Positions 26,727 through 35,613 of a stretch of DNA of 63,634 nt are shown here, one piece after another. A program made the position numbers and the translations under genes. Positions within the stretch are counted from its first letter, which is position 1. Every line of letters begins with the position of its first letter. The DNA is from a virus (taxonomy: Duplodnaviria; Caudoviricetes), in IMG/VR virus record IMGVR_UViG_3300030109_005543, positions 1 through 63,634 of that record; one strand, written 5' to 3'. A model generated the notes under the pieces. It ran no database searches and was not told the DNA's origin. It was given only the letters and a program-made list of their open reading frames with translations.

Positions 26727-27193
26727 AAAGTATCACCACAAATCCATTGAGTGCAGACTGTTGGTGGCCACCTGGCTATCACTCTGTTGCGCACAAGATT
26801 GTGACAGTTGATCTTAATCATATCCGTGATGGGATTGTTAATCGGGTGGATCGACAGAACTTAAGAATCCTGTCGTTAGAGCCAACTCTGATAAAAGATA
26901 CTCCACACTTCCAGTATGCGCTTGGGAACACAAAGCCGTATGAGGAGTATCTAGAGAAGTGTAAACACATTACATGGGCTCGTGCTGCTATCAATGAAGA
27001 GCATCTGGAAATGCAGTATATGTTTGATAAGTTTGATAAGATTCTGAACACTGACGCTGCCTATCTAGACCCTCCACATCAAGACAAATACATAATTATT
27101 AACCAACAGGGTCATCTGATTGATGGCCTCCACCGCTCTGTGGCACTATTGAGAGCAGGTATCAATATAGTGCCGGCCGCACTGACAGCGTAG
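26723..27193 (+). CDS. ParB/Srx-like domain protein
   Basis: C-terminal LIDGLHR...A motif; ATGA coupling. Confidence 0.55.
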   Translation: MKSITTNPLSADCWWPPGYHSVAHKIVTVDLNHIRDGIVNRVDRQNLRILSLEPTLIKDTPHFQYALGNTKPYEEYLEKCKHITWARAAINEEHLEMQYMFDKFDKILNTDAAYLDPPHQDKYIIINQQGHLIDGLHRSVALLRAGINIVPAALTA

Positions 27194-27209
27194 AAAGAAG
27201 AGAGACAAG

Positions 27210-27902
27210 ATGCTTTACCCCTTGATCAACCCACACAAGAAATTTATAGTGTGCTGGAATGCCAAAGCCGGCTGCACCGCCGTAAAAAGGTGGTACTTAC
27301 AGACAATGGGCGTCGATCCAGACTCGGTTAATCCACATGTTTTTTTGGGCCAGCGCGCCCCGAAGTTTAACACAACACAACTTGATGAGTTGTATCCAGA
27401 CTACTATAGGTTTATAGTGTGTAGAAATCCTTGGAAGAGAATTGTCAGCTATTACAAAAATAAGAAGGTCGCTGTTTGGTGGAAAAATTCCACATGGCCC
27501 ATTGACATACGGCAGCAGAACATGAACAGCGAAGATTTTACCTTTAGAGATTTGGTAAACTTTGTTTGCGACACTCCAGACCAGTATCTGGAGCAACACC
27601 TCCAGAGTCAGACTAGTGAATTGGGAGATATGAAGTTCGACCAGATTGTAAGGTTGGAAGATTACGCTGATGGTATGAATCAGGTGTGTGATCATCTTGG
27701 TATTGATGTGAGAGATTTCCGTAACCCCAACAAGACGTTAGAGACTGAAAACAAGGTAAATGTTAGTGACTTGCCTCCGAAAGAGTTCAACACCGACAAT
27801 ATGCCATCATACGACTGTTTTTATGACGATGAACTTAGAGATATGGTTGAACAATATTTCAAAAATGATATAGAATATTTTAGTTACAAGTTTGAGGATT
27901 AA
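27210..27902 (+). CDS. Sulfotransferase family 2 (carbohydrate sulfotransferase-like)
   Basis: 5'-PSB-like AKAGCT, 3'-PB RNPWKRIVSYY, and C-terminal D...F.Y. Confidence 0.8.
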   Translation: MLYPLINPHKKFIVCWNAKAGCTAVKRWYLQTMGVDPDSVNPHVFLGQRAPKFNTTQLDELYPDYYRFIVCRNPWKRIVSYYKNKKVAVWWKNSTWPIDIRQQNMNSEDFTFRDLVNFVCDTPDQYLEQHLQSQTSELGDMKFDQIVRLEDYADGMNQVCDHLGIDVRDFRNPNKTLETENKVNVSDLPPKEFNTDNMPSYDCFYDDELRDMVEQYFKNDIEYFSYKFED

Positions 27903-27904
27903 AA

Positions 27905-28318
27905 GTGAAAAAGATCTTTTCAAAAGTGGAAGAAGGCCTTCTGATGCATACCATCAATCGGTATGATGAGATCGCTGAAAAAAGAACCGATCTAAGCCCC
28001 GAAGAAGAGTTCTTACAAGTATCGGTCTTTCGTTTAAACGAAGGGAAGACTTTCAGGGCACACCAGCATATTGAATGCAACAAGGTTGCCAACATAACAC
28101 AAGAGTCTTGGGTTGTTGTCAAGGGCTCTGTAAAAGTGTTTCTGTACGACGTTGATCAGACCCTTCTCGCAGAGGAAACATTGGGACAAGGGGATTGCAC
28201 CATATCGTTTAGAGGTGGTCACAACTACCTTTGCCTTGAGGATGATACAGTTGTATACGAATATAAGACTGGCCCATATTATGGCCAGGAGTTAGATAAG
28301 GAATTTATTGATGTATGA
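27905..28318 (+). CDS. Cupin-fold protein (WbuC-like)
   Basis: AHQH...QE...KG...GGH. Confidence 0.7.
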   Translation: MKKIFSKVEEGLLMHTINRYDEIAEKRTDLSPEEEFLQVSVFRLNEGKTFRAHQHIECNKVANITQESWVVVKGSVKVFLYDVDQTLLAEETLGQGDCTISFRGGHNYLCLEDDTVVYEYKTGPYYGQELDKEFIDV

Positions 28319-29132
28319 TATAAAAGTACGTTTGGCCGAAAGGTCGTTGGGTCCAAGTGTCTATGGCGACCTGTTCACAGACCAGCCATCAGATATTACG
28401 GTGTATGCCGATGTGGCCTGCTGGTCCGCACCGCATCACCATAGTAAATATAAAATTGCATTGTTGATTGAGCCGATTACGGTTGCAGGCGGGACATACA
28501 AGTGGGTATACCAGAATCATTCATATTTTGACCTGATCATGACACATAACAAGGACATGGCAGCGAATGCTGATAAGTTTGTATACTATCCAATATGGCC
28601 AAAGATCTGGATTCCTAAAGAAGACAGAAAGATGTACGATAAGTCTAAGATGGCATCTGCTATCTTCTCTGCGGCGGCTGTGACCCAAGGTCATCGCTTC
28701 CGACACGAAATCGTTAAGGAATTGAAGGATCTTAATGTGATGGATGTGTATGGTAGAGAATACAATCCTGTTGAAACAAAAACAGAGGGTCTAGCAGACT
28801 ATCGATACCATGTTGTGGTTGAGAATGAAGAAAACGGATACGCCAGCGAAAAGGTCAATGATGCGTTCTGTTGTGGGTCCATCCCCATATACTGGGGCAA
28901 CGAAGGCTCGAACATTCATGATTATTATAATACCGAAGGTGTCTTGTTCTTCCAGACGATAGACGAGCTGAAAGATATTCTGACCAACGTTGTCTCTGAA
29001 GAGCATTACAACAGCAAGCTGAGCGTGGTAGAAGAGAATTACAACTTAGCTAAAGACTTGACTCTAGATCATATATACTGGAATTACGGTATTAAGCAGT
29101 TTGCTGAACAAAAAGGATTGATAGATAAATGA
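28311..29132 (+). CDS. GT10-like (alpha-1,3-fucosyltransferase motif) glycosyltransferase
   Basis: YRYHVVVEN...YASEKVNDAFCCGSIPIYWG. Confidence 0.75.
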   Translation: MYDIKVRLAERSLGPSVYGDLFTDQPSDITVYADVACWSAPHHHSKYKIALLIEPITVAGGTYKWVYQNHSYFDLIMTHNKDMAANADKFVYYPIWPKIWIPKEDRKMYDKSKMASAIFSAAAVTQGHRFRHEIVKELKDLNVMDVYGREYNPVETKTEGLADYRYHVVVENEENGYASEKVNDAFCCGSIPIYWGNEGSNIHDYYNTEGVLFFQTIDELKDILTNVVSEEHYNSKLSVVEENYNLAKDLTLDHIYWNYGIKQFAEQKGLIDK

Positions 29133-29728
29133 GTTTTGAGCCCGTAAGAAAGTTTGAAAATCAATTGGCCGAGTTTTTTGGCTGCCCATACGCTGTTGCA
29201 GTGGACAGTTGCACGCATGGCATAGAACTTTGTGTGCGATACCAAAAGCTCGATAAGATAAATGTTCCGAGAAGAACATACCTGTCAGTTCCATTCTTGG
29301 CTAACAAATTAAACATTGGCCTTGAATGGAGAGACGAAGCATGGCAAGATTGCTACAAGATAAACGATGAGCCAAAGCCGATCTATGATGCAGCCGTACT
29401 CTGGACAAGAAATAGTTACATCCCTGGATCCTTCATGTGTATCAGTTTCCAGTATGCGAAGCACTTGAGTCTTGGTCGTGGTGGTGTCATTCTTTTAGAT
29501 GACGAAAAGGATGCGATCCAATTAAAAAAGATGTCATACGATGGTAGAATACCAGATATACCGTGGAGAGAGCAGAACATTGATACCTTCGGACTTCATT
29601 ACTATATGACACCGGAGGTTGCTTCGCTGGGACTAGAAAAGCTTCCAGAAGCTATAAAGACTAAGCCACATAAATGGGTCGTTACAGATTGGCCTGACCT
29701 TACAAAATTGGAGATTTTTAAGAAATGA
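29129..29728 (+). CDS. Short DegT/DnrJ/EryC1/StrS PLP-dependent aminotransferase
   Basis: FENQLAEF, AVAVDSCT, DAA and SFQYAKHL..GRGG with the PLP Lys; only 199 aa. Confidence 0.8.
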   Translation: MSFEPVRKFENQLAEFFGCPYAVAVDSCTHGIELCVRYQKLDKINVPRRTYLSVPFLANKLNIGLEWRDEAWQDCYKINDEPKPIYDAAVLWTRNSYIPGSFMCISFQYAKHLSLGRGGVILLDDEKDAIQLKKMSYDGRIPDIPWREQNIDTFGLHYYMTPEVASLGLEKLPEAIKTKPHKWVVTDWPDLTKLEIFKK

Positions 29729-30699
29729 AGAAGAAAGCACTGATTACAGGAATCGCTGGCCAAGACGGCAGCTATTTGACAGAGCACCTACTGTCGTTGG
29801 GATACGAAGTCCACGGCATTGTCCGTCGCCACTCGGTCGCGGAGAACCAGAACCACAGACTCCACAAGTACGGTCTGGGAGAGAACGTCCACGCTTACTA
29901 TGGAGATCTTCTAGACTATCCTTCGTTGGTTAGAATCGTATCGCAGGTAATGCCAGATGAGATTTACAACCTTGGCGCCATGAGTCATGTCCGCGTCAGC
30001 TTCGATATGCCTTCTTTTACAATTCAGACAAATGCTCTTGGTGTCCTGCACCTTCTAGAGGTCTACCGTACGATCTGCCCCGGAGCTAAGTTCTATCAGG
30101 CCAGCTCCTCCGAGATGTTTGGCAACTCCGTCGACGACGATGGCTTCCAGAGGCTCACAACGCCCATGAATCCCGTTAGTCCTTACGGCTGCGCTAAAGT
30201 TATGGGATACAACCTTGTAAGGCATTATAGACACGCTTACGGCCTTCATGCATGCAACGGTATTCTTTTTAATCATGAGTCCCCACGCCGAGGTTCTAAC
30301 TTCGTCACCAACAAGGTTGTCAAGGGAGCCGTGGCTATCAAAAAGGGTCTGCAGGAAAACCTTGAGCTTGGCAATATGGATTCTTACCGTGACTGGGGAC
30401 ACTCCCAGGACTATGTGAGAGCCATGCACATGATTGTCAATCATGATGTTGCTGACGAATTTATCGTTGCAACCGGCGAAGCTCACTCTGTTAGAGACCT
30501 GTGTGATACAGTCTTTACCAAGCTAGGAATGGACTATCGCGATTATGTCGTCCAGAACCCGAAGTACATGCGACCAGAGGAACTCAAATACCTCAAGGGT
30601 GACTCCTCCAAGTCCAGAGAGGTCTTGGGTTGGACACCAGAGTTCACTTTCGAGACTCTGTTGGATGACATGATTGAGAGATGGCAAAACGAACTCTAA
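29725..30699 (+). CDS. gmd: GDP-mannose 4,6-dehydratase
   Basis: ITGIAGQDGSYL, SHVRVSF, QASSSEMFG, YGCAK, FNHESPRRG and RDWGH. Confidence 0.97.
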   Translation: MKKKALITGIAGQDGSYLTEHLLSLGYEVHGIVRRHSVAENQNHRLHKYGLGENVHAYYGDLLDYPSLVRIVSQVMPDEIYNLGAMSHVRVSFDMPSFTIQTNALGVLHLLEVYRTICPGAKFYQASSSEMFGNSVDDDGFQRLTTPMNPVSPYGCAKVMGYNLVRHYRHAYGLHACNGILFNHESPRRGSNFVTNKVVKGAVAIKKGLQENLELGNMDSYRDWGHSQDYVRAMHMIVNHDVADEFIVATGEAHSVRDLCDTVFTKLGMDYRDYVVQNPKYMRPEELKYLKGDSSKSREVLGWTPEFTFETLLDDMIERWQNEL

Positions 30700-30700
30700 A

Positions 30701-31534
30701 ATGAAAATCCTAATCACGGGTCACAGAGGCTACATTGGCTCGCATCTGCTCTCCCATCTACAAGAAAATTGCTCTTCGGAAACATATATCCGCGGCATTG
30801 ACCTTAAAGAGGGAGAGGATATAGCCAACTGCTTGCCTGATGAAGACTTTGATTACGTTTTTCACATGGCTGCGCTACCAAGAGTCAATTATTCTGTAGA
30901 ACAGCCAAGTTATACATTCAGGCATAACGCCTATGTCACATCCATCCTGCTAGAATGGGCTAAGAACCATGGGGTTGCAAGGGTAATCTTCAGCTCCTCA
31001 TCAGCAGTGTTAGGTGATGGAGATGGTCCGAACTCTCCATATGGCCTTCACAAGCTAATCTCAGAACAAGAGTGTAAATTATACTCGCAGCTATATGGAC
31101 TAGACACGGTTTGCTTGCGCTATTTCAACGTCTTCTCGGAAGATCAGGAGTATGGTGGATCCTACTCAACAGTTATTTGTGCATGGATGGAGATGATTAG
31201 CAAGGGTCTCCCACTCCGCTTAGACGGGGACGGAACACAAAGCAGAGACTTTGTTCATGTAGATGACATCGTTGCGGCTAATGTATTCTGCATGAACTAT
31301 GATAAAGACTTTGGTGGAGAATGGTTTGACGTCGGCTCCGGCACCGTCATTTCTCTGAACGACATAAAGCAAATTGTAGAAGATAACAATCAGGTCAAAT
31401 TCTCTTACGTCCCAGAACGTGTAGGGGATGTGAAAACAACAAAGGCGGATACAGCTAAATTAAAAAATATTGGCTGGTCTGCTACAATAGATTCAAAGAA
31501 AGCAATCAAAGATTGTTTTATTAAGGAGACATAA
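30701..31534 (+). CDS. NAD-dependent epimerase/dehydratase
   Basis: ITGHRGYIGS, SSSS, YGLHK, LRYFNV and RDFVHV. Confidence 0.9.
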   Translation: MKILITGHRGYIGSHLLSHLQENCSSETYIRGIDLKEGEDIANCLPDEDFDYVFHMAALPRVNYSVEQPSYTFRHNAYVTSILLEWAKNHGVARVIFSSSSAVLGDGDGPNSPYGLHKLISEQECKLYSQLYGLDTVCLRYFNVFSEDQEYGGSYSTVICAWMEMISKGLPLRLDGDGTQSRDFVHVDDIVAANVFCMNYDKDFGGEWFDVGSGTVISLNDIKQIVEDNNQVKFSYVPERVGDVKTTKADTAKLKNIGWSATIDSKKAIKDCFIKET

Positions 31535-31535
31535 A

Positions 31536-31754
31536 ATGAAACTATCAAACCAAGCAGTTGGGGCCTTAATGATGGCCCTCCAGCGATCACTCATGGAGCA
31601 GAGCGACATTGTTCCAATTCTTCAGGACATGGACTTTCAGGTCAACCCCGAGGACAACTCCCATTCCGAGTTAGTGGTCACAAATCCTCCTGTGGTTAAC
31701 TTTGAGGATGTCACTGTCGAAGAAAATACTTTACCTTTAGAAGGAGATGAATAA
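31536..31754 (+). CDS. Hypothetical protein
   Basis: 72-aa ORF with an AAGGAG ribosome-binding site. Confidence 0.7.
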   Translation: MKLSNQAVGALMMALQRSLMEQSDIVPILQDMDFQVNPEDNSHSELVVTNPPVVNFEDVTVEENTLPLEGDE

Positions 31755-31755
31755 G

Positions 31756-31911
31756 ATGTTAAAGAAGAAGACTGATTTTATTACTAAGATTGAAACAACG
31801 GAACTCGTTGACTCTCAGATCCGTGAGGCCCTCCGCGAACAGGCGAGATCGCTTGAGAAGCACCTTACTGACATTGATAAGAGACTTAGGACCCTCGAAC
31901 GCAAGAAGTAA
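31756..31911 (+). CDS. Small coiled-coil protein missing from the ORF track
   Basis: AAGGAG 9 nt upstream; 51 aa (MLKKKTDF...LTDIDKRLRTLERKK); fills the gap exactly and is TAATG-coupled to the next gene. Confidence 0.7.
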   Translation: MLKKKTDFITKIETTELVDSQIREALREQARSLEKHLTDIDKRLRTLERKK

Positions 31912-32159
31912 TGCCACGATATCAATATCGTTGCACAACATGCGATAAGATTTCCGTCATAAGTCACGCTTCTAGCGACGTTGAAACCGATTGCCCTGAG
32001 TGTGGTAACAAAGATACGTTAGTAAAAATGCTAACGCAGTTCAGGACCAACAAGGCGGGAACAGAAAAGAAAAAAGTTGGTCAAATAACTGAACGATTTA
32101 TAGAAGATTCGCGACACGAATTGCAGCAGCAAAGAAAAAAATTGGATAAAGATAGATAA
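31911..32159 (+). CDS. FmdB-family zinc-ribbon protein
   Basis: MPRYQYRCTTC...CPECG. Confidence 0.85.
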   Translation: MPRYQYRCTTCDKISVISHASSDVETDCPECGNKDTLVKMLTQFRTNKAGTEKKKVGQITERFIEDSRHELQQQRKKLDKDR

Positions 32160-32531
32160 ATGTCGACAATTTATGTTTTAATTGCTATTTCAATCGTAGT
32201 GAATGTACTACTAGCTTGGTATGTTACTCGTCTATTGCAAAAGTTTTTGTACTTGTCGGACACCATATCTGAACTGTATTTGATGACAAAGGCATTTCAG
32301 GTGTTTGTTAAAGACATGTATGGCATGGATTCATATCATGGAGAACCTATTATACAGGAACTCCTCGACCGCATTAGGCAGGTCAATGATGAGATGCAGA
32401 ACTTTCGGGATGTATTTGAGTACACAATAGACGAGGAGCTAGAGGAAGAACTAGAGGAAGCATTAAATGCCGAGGAAGAAGAGCAAGAAAAATCATTACT
32501 TTACGCAGGTACACGAGGACGCAATAGTTAA
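32160..32531 (+). CDS. Membrane-anchored hypothetical protein
   Basis: N-terminal TM helix and acidic coiled C-terminus. Confidence 0.7.
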   Translation: MSTIYVLIAISIVVNVLLAWYVTRLLQKFLYLSDTISELYLMTKAFQVFVKDMYGMDSYHGEPIIQELLDRIRQVNDEMQNFRDVFEYTIDEELEEELEEALNAEEEEQEKSLLYAGTRGRNS

Positions 32532-33153
32532 ATACGCCCTGACAGATGACAGGGAGTTGCGATCTAAGTTGTACGAGGAGTACATCCAGCCTGCGTTTGA
32601 TCACATGGTAGATAAGATTATCTACACCTATCGTTTTACGACACTGCCAAATATTGAATATTTGCGAGCTGACTGCAAGGTTTGGCTCACAACCATTCTA
32701 AACAAGTATGACCCCAACAAGGGCTCGAAGGCCTTTTCGTATTTCTCAGTCGTCACCAAAAACTGGTTTATTCACAAAGTTAAGAGAACCAAGAAGCGCC
32801 TTCAGACGGAGGTCTTCATGGAGGATGTTCTTAATGAAGTGGACGAGGATCTGGTTTCTGACGAGATCACATACTATGACAAAAGGTCTGAGATAGAATT
32901 TTGGACTTCTCTCAACAGTGAGATAGAGACTTGGGACTCCTTTATGATTAAGGAGAACGAGAAAAAGGTTCTCATGGCTGTTCGAATCCTGCTAGACTCC
33001 GCCGATCAAATAGAAATTTTCAATAAAAAAGCTATTTACTTATACCTTCGGGAGATCACGGGGTTAAACACTAAGCAGGTGGTTAACAACTTGAATAAAC
33101 TCCGAAAGAGATATAGGACGTTCAAAGTAAAATGGGAAAACAGCGAGATCTAA
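32467..33153 (+). CDS. Phage RNA polymerase sigma factor (region-2/gp55-like, probably late)
   Basis: KNHYF...; KYDPNKGSKAFSYFSVVTKNWF resembles sigma region 2.3-2.4; C-terminal HTH-like segment. Confidence 0.7.
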   Translation: MPRKKSKKNHYFTQVHEDAIVKYALTDDRELRSKLYEEYIQPAFDHMVDKIIYTYRFTTLPNIEYLRADCKVWLTTILNKYDPNKGSKAFSYFSVVTKNWFIHKVKRTKKRLQTEVFMEDVLNEVDEDLVSDEITYYDKRSEIEFWTSLNSEIETWDSFMIKENEKKVLMAVRILLDSADQIEIFNKKAIYLYLREITGLNTKQVVNNLNKLRKRYRTFKVKWENSEI

Positions 33154-33443
33154 GTTTAGAAACCTACATCGAGGAAACCACCAAGAACATCAAGGAAGAC
33201 CGTGCCATGGCCAAAACACTCCTAATGGATGTTATGGCCGACATGGCGACTTCCTCACACGACCGCAGAGAGTTTGGTCCTCTGGCGGCAAAGTTTGTTG
33301 AAAATCTTCAACGTTCAAATGAGCAGATGGTGAAGCTTGCAGCCATCCTTCAGAGACAAAAAACAGGAAATGTTGGTCTTACTGACGATGACAAGGAACA
33401 ACTGTTTGATCTTCTGAACGAGAACAAAGAAGATGACAGGTAA
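33132..33443 (+). CDS. Hypothetical protein
   Basis: 103-aa helical ORF overlapping both neighbours. Confidence 0.65.
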   Translation: MGKQRDLSLETYIEETTKNIKEDRAMAKTLLMDVMADMATSSHDRREFGPLAAKFVENLQRSNEQMVKLAAILQRQKTGNVGLTDDDKEQLFDLLNENKEDDR

Positions 33444-34620
33444 ACTCAGACTTGATCAGATACCGTTTGGTACACTAAACAACATATCTGACGCTGGCGG
33501 TCCCTCCACCGATCGGAGGAGAACCGACCCCCTTGAGTTTCTGCGATTATCAACAGAAGAGGCCTACGGTCGAGATGCCCTTGCGAACAAGGACTCCTTT
33601 GAGGGCATTGTGATCGCGAAAAGAACAATCACATTCCCGTCAGTAAAAAATAAGTCAGCACTGTTTAGGGATTATGTCCTTAAGGTTGCACAAGAATCTG
33701 AGGAGTCTGAGGGCTCCGACGCCGCCGAGACTGCTGATTATCCGACATTTGTTTATAAAGTATACATCCCTGAGCTTGAACCACGGCCAGCCCCTAGGGG
33801 TACCAACGATCCAATCATCGCTACATACTCTGATGTTTACTCCGATGTCACCCCCACCGAGATTGGGATTGAGATCGGATCTATAGTTAGAGTAATATAT
33901 GAGGACGTAGGAACTCTCTATGGGCCTAAGATCAGCTCCATCGTCGGCCCTCCTGTTCAACTGGCAGGATATGAGCAAGCACAAAGTCTAGACACTGCAT
34001 TCAAGAATGGAACGCCCCTTCCTCTTCTTGACTCCACTCCAGAAAGGAAACTTCTCTCTGGAGAGATCAAGAATTTAGCAGCTAATCGACCTGACTTTAC
34101 TGGAGAGACACCCAACGCGGACAAACTCCGTGCAGCCCTGAGAGAGCTAGGTTATAGAGAGAAGGGCAGTGAGTTGTCAAATGCCGGCGATATCACAGCA
34201 AAGATGGCCGATGTGGGCATAGAAGTGTTCAAGCAGATCAAGAAACAACTACCAAGCGTTGGCATAATAGCCACTGGCGGTAATGATAAATATCACAAAG
34301 TAATTGATGATGCTAGAAAAGCTGGCCGAAAGGGCGCTTATACAAGCAGACATGTCCTTGGGAACGCCTTAGACTTTGTATTTTTTCCAGTTAATGAAGC
34401 TAACGAATCAGCTATACTAAAAATACTACAAGGATACAGCGCTGTCAACTCGGCGTTTAGATTTAAGGACGAGTATACGACATTAACTTCCGCCGCTTCG
34501 GGCCAGCACTTCCACTTTTCGTTCGGTGAAGGAACAGAGAGTATTAAAGAGCAGAATGAGGCAAAGCGACTTCTCGCTGCCGGAAGTATTGTAGGATATA
34601 AGATAGGAGAAACTAGCTAA
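33433..34620 (+). CDS. Putative baseplate hub/tail-associated lysin with a C-terminal M15-type (LAS) zinc peptidase
   Basis: SRHVLGNALD (SxHxxGxAxD) and QHFH (HxH); possible OB-fold-like N-terminal part; located at the start of the baseplate module. Confidence 0.6.
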   Translation: MTGKLRLDQIPFGTLNNISDAGGPSTDRRRTDPLEFLRLSTEEAYGRDALANKDSFEGIVIAKRTITFPSVKNKSALFRDYVLKVAQESEESEGSDAAETADYPTFVYKVYIPELEPRPAPRGTNDPIIATYSDVYSDVTPTEIGIEIGSIVRVIYEDVGTLYGPKISSIVGPPVQLAGYEQAQSLDTAFKNGTPLPLLDSTPERKLLSGEIKNLAANRPDFTGETPNADKLRAALRELGYREKGSELSNAGDITAKMADVGIEVFKQIKKQLPSVGIIATGGNDKYHKVIDDARKAGRKGAYTSRHVLGNALDFVFFPVNEANESAILKILQGYSAVNSAFRFKDEYTTLTSAASGQHFHFSFGEGTESIKEQNEAKRLLAAGSIVGYKIGETS

Positions 34621-35606
34621 TGGCATCGCGCAAAAAACCAGCAATTGATTTAAGTTTGCTTTCGCCCGAGCAACGACAGGCCTATGATGGCATGTCAGAG
34701 CAAGAACAGGCAGAGTTTCTTGGCTTCGGCCAGGGCACAAGAGAAGATTTTGATACCCCTGAGTTTATTTCAATAGACGAAGAGATGGCGACCCACAAGG
34801 GTAATTGTGGAATTGTATTGGGGCTAGATAGGCCAAGCAATATCCTGTCTGGTTTCGGGGGGTCCAAGGACACACACTGTGCCGCAGTGGATATTGTCGC
34901 GGGGCGATTGGGATATCGAGCACGCCATCGCAACAAAAGAGGCAAAGCGCTTCGAGTCGATCCTAACTTCAAACTAGATGCCGCTCGTATCTATGTCTCA
35001 CAAAAGTCTGACCCTGATTCGTATTTTGGTTTGGCCGCAGGCACTGTTGGAAACACTACACCAGACTCTCCTCGAAGCACCGTTGCACTCAAAGCTGACA
35101 CACTTCGATTCATTGCGCGTGAGAATATCAAACTTGTGACTCGAACCGACAAGAAAAACTCACAGGGTGGTGACCTCACAAACGCATCGACAAAGGGTTA
35201 TGGTATCGACCTGATCGCTTGCAACGATGATCGTGACATGCAACCGCTGGTAAAAGGAACAAACCTAACAATGTGTTTGATAGAGACCTGTGATGCTGTC
35301 CATGACCTTAGAGAGCTATTCAAAAACTTTTTGGAGTACAACCGACAACTCACAAAAGCCCTGATGACCCACACTCACAGATCTCCGTTCTACGGACAAC
35401 TCACAGCCCCGGACTTTGAAACCTTGCTCCCTTCTGCCACTGAGAGCATCATTAACAACCTCGCAAATGTTGAGGCGCAATTGATGTTGCACATGCAGAA
35501 AGTTAGCGGGATCAAGAGAACCTATCTCGGAATTCCAGGCGGAGCAGAGACAAAGACCCCACTAGGCGGCTCATTTATATTAAGCAAATATAACAATACG
35601 AATTAA
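34620..35606 (+). CDS. Putative baseplate spike (gp5 C-terminal-like) protein
   Basis: Beta-strand repeats (ARIYVSQ, VALKADTLRFIARENIKL), PLVKG and an HTH (His-x-His) apex motif. Confidence 0.5.
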   Translation: MASRKKPAIDLSLLSPEQRQAYDGMSEQEQAEFLGFGQGTREDFDTPEFISIDEEMATHKGNCGIVLGLDRPSNILSGFGGSKDTHCAAVDIVAGRLGYRARHRNKRGKALRVDPNFKLDAARIYVSQKSDPDSYFGLAAGTVGNTTPDSPRSTVALKADTLRFIARENIKLVTRTDKKNSQGGDLTNASTKGYGIDLIACNDDRDMQPLVKGTNLTMCLIETCDAVHDLRELFKNFLEYNRQLTKALMTHTHRSPFYGQLTAPDFETLLPSATESIINNLANVEAQLMLHMQKVSGIKRTYLGIPGGAETKTPLGGSFILSKYNNTN

Positions 35607-35613
35607 TTAAGAT

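Noticed and set aside
16481-31534. Bacterial chromosomal O-antigen or capsule locus
   Set aside because: No flippase, polymerase, ABC exporter or initiating transferase is present, and the island is continuous with phage sigma and baseplate genes.
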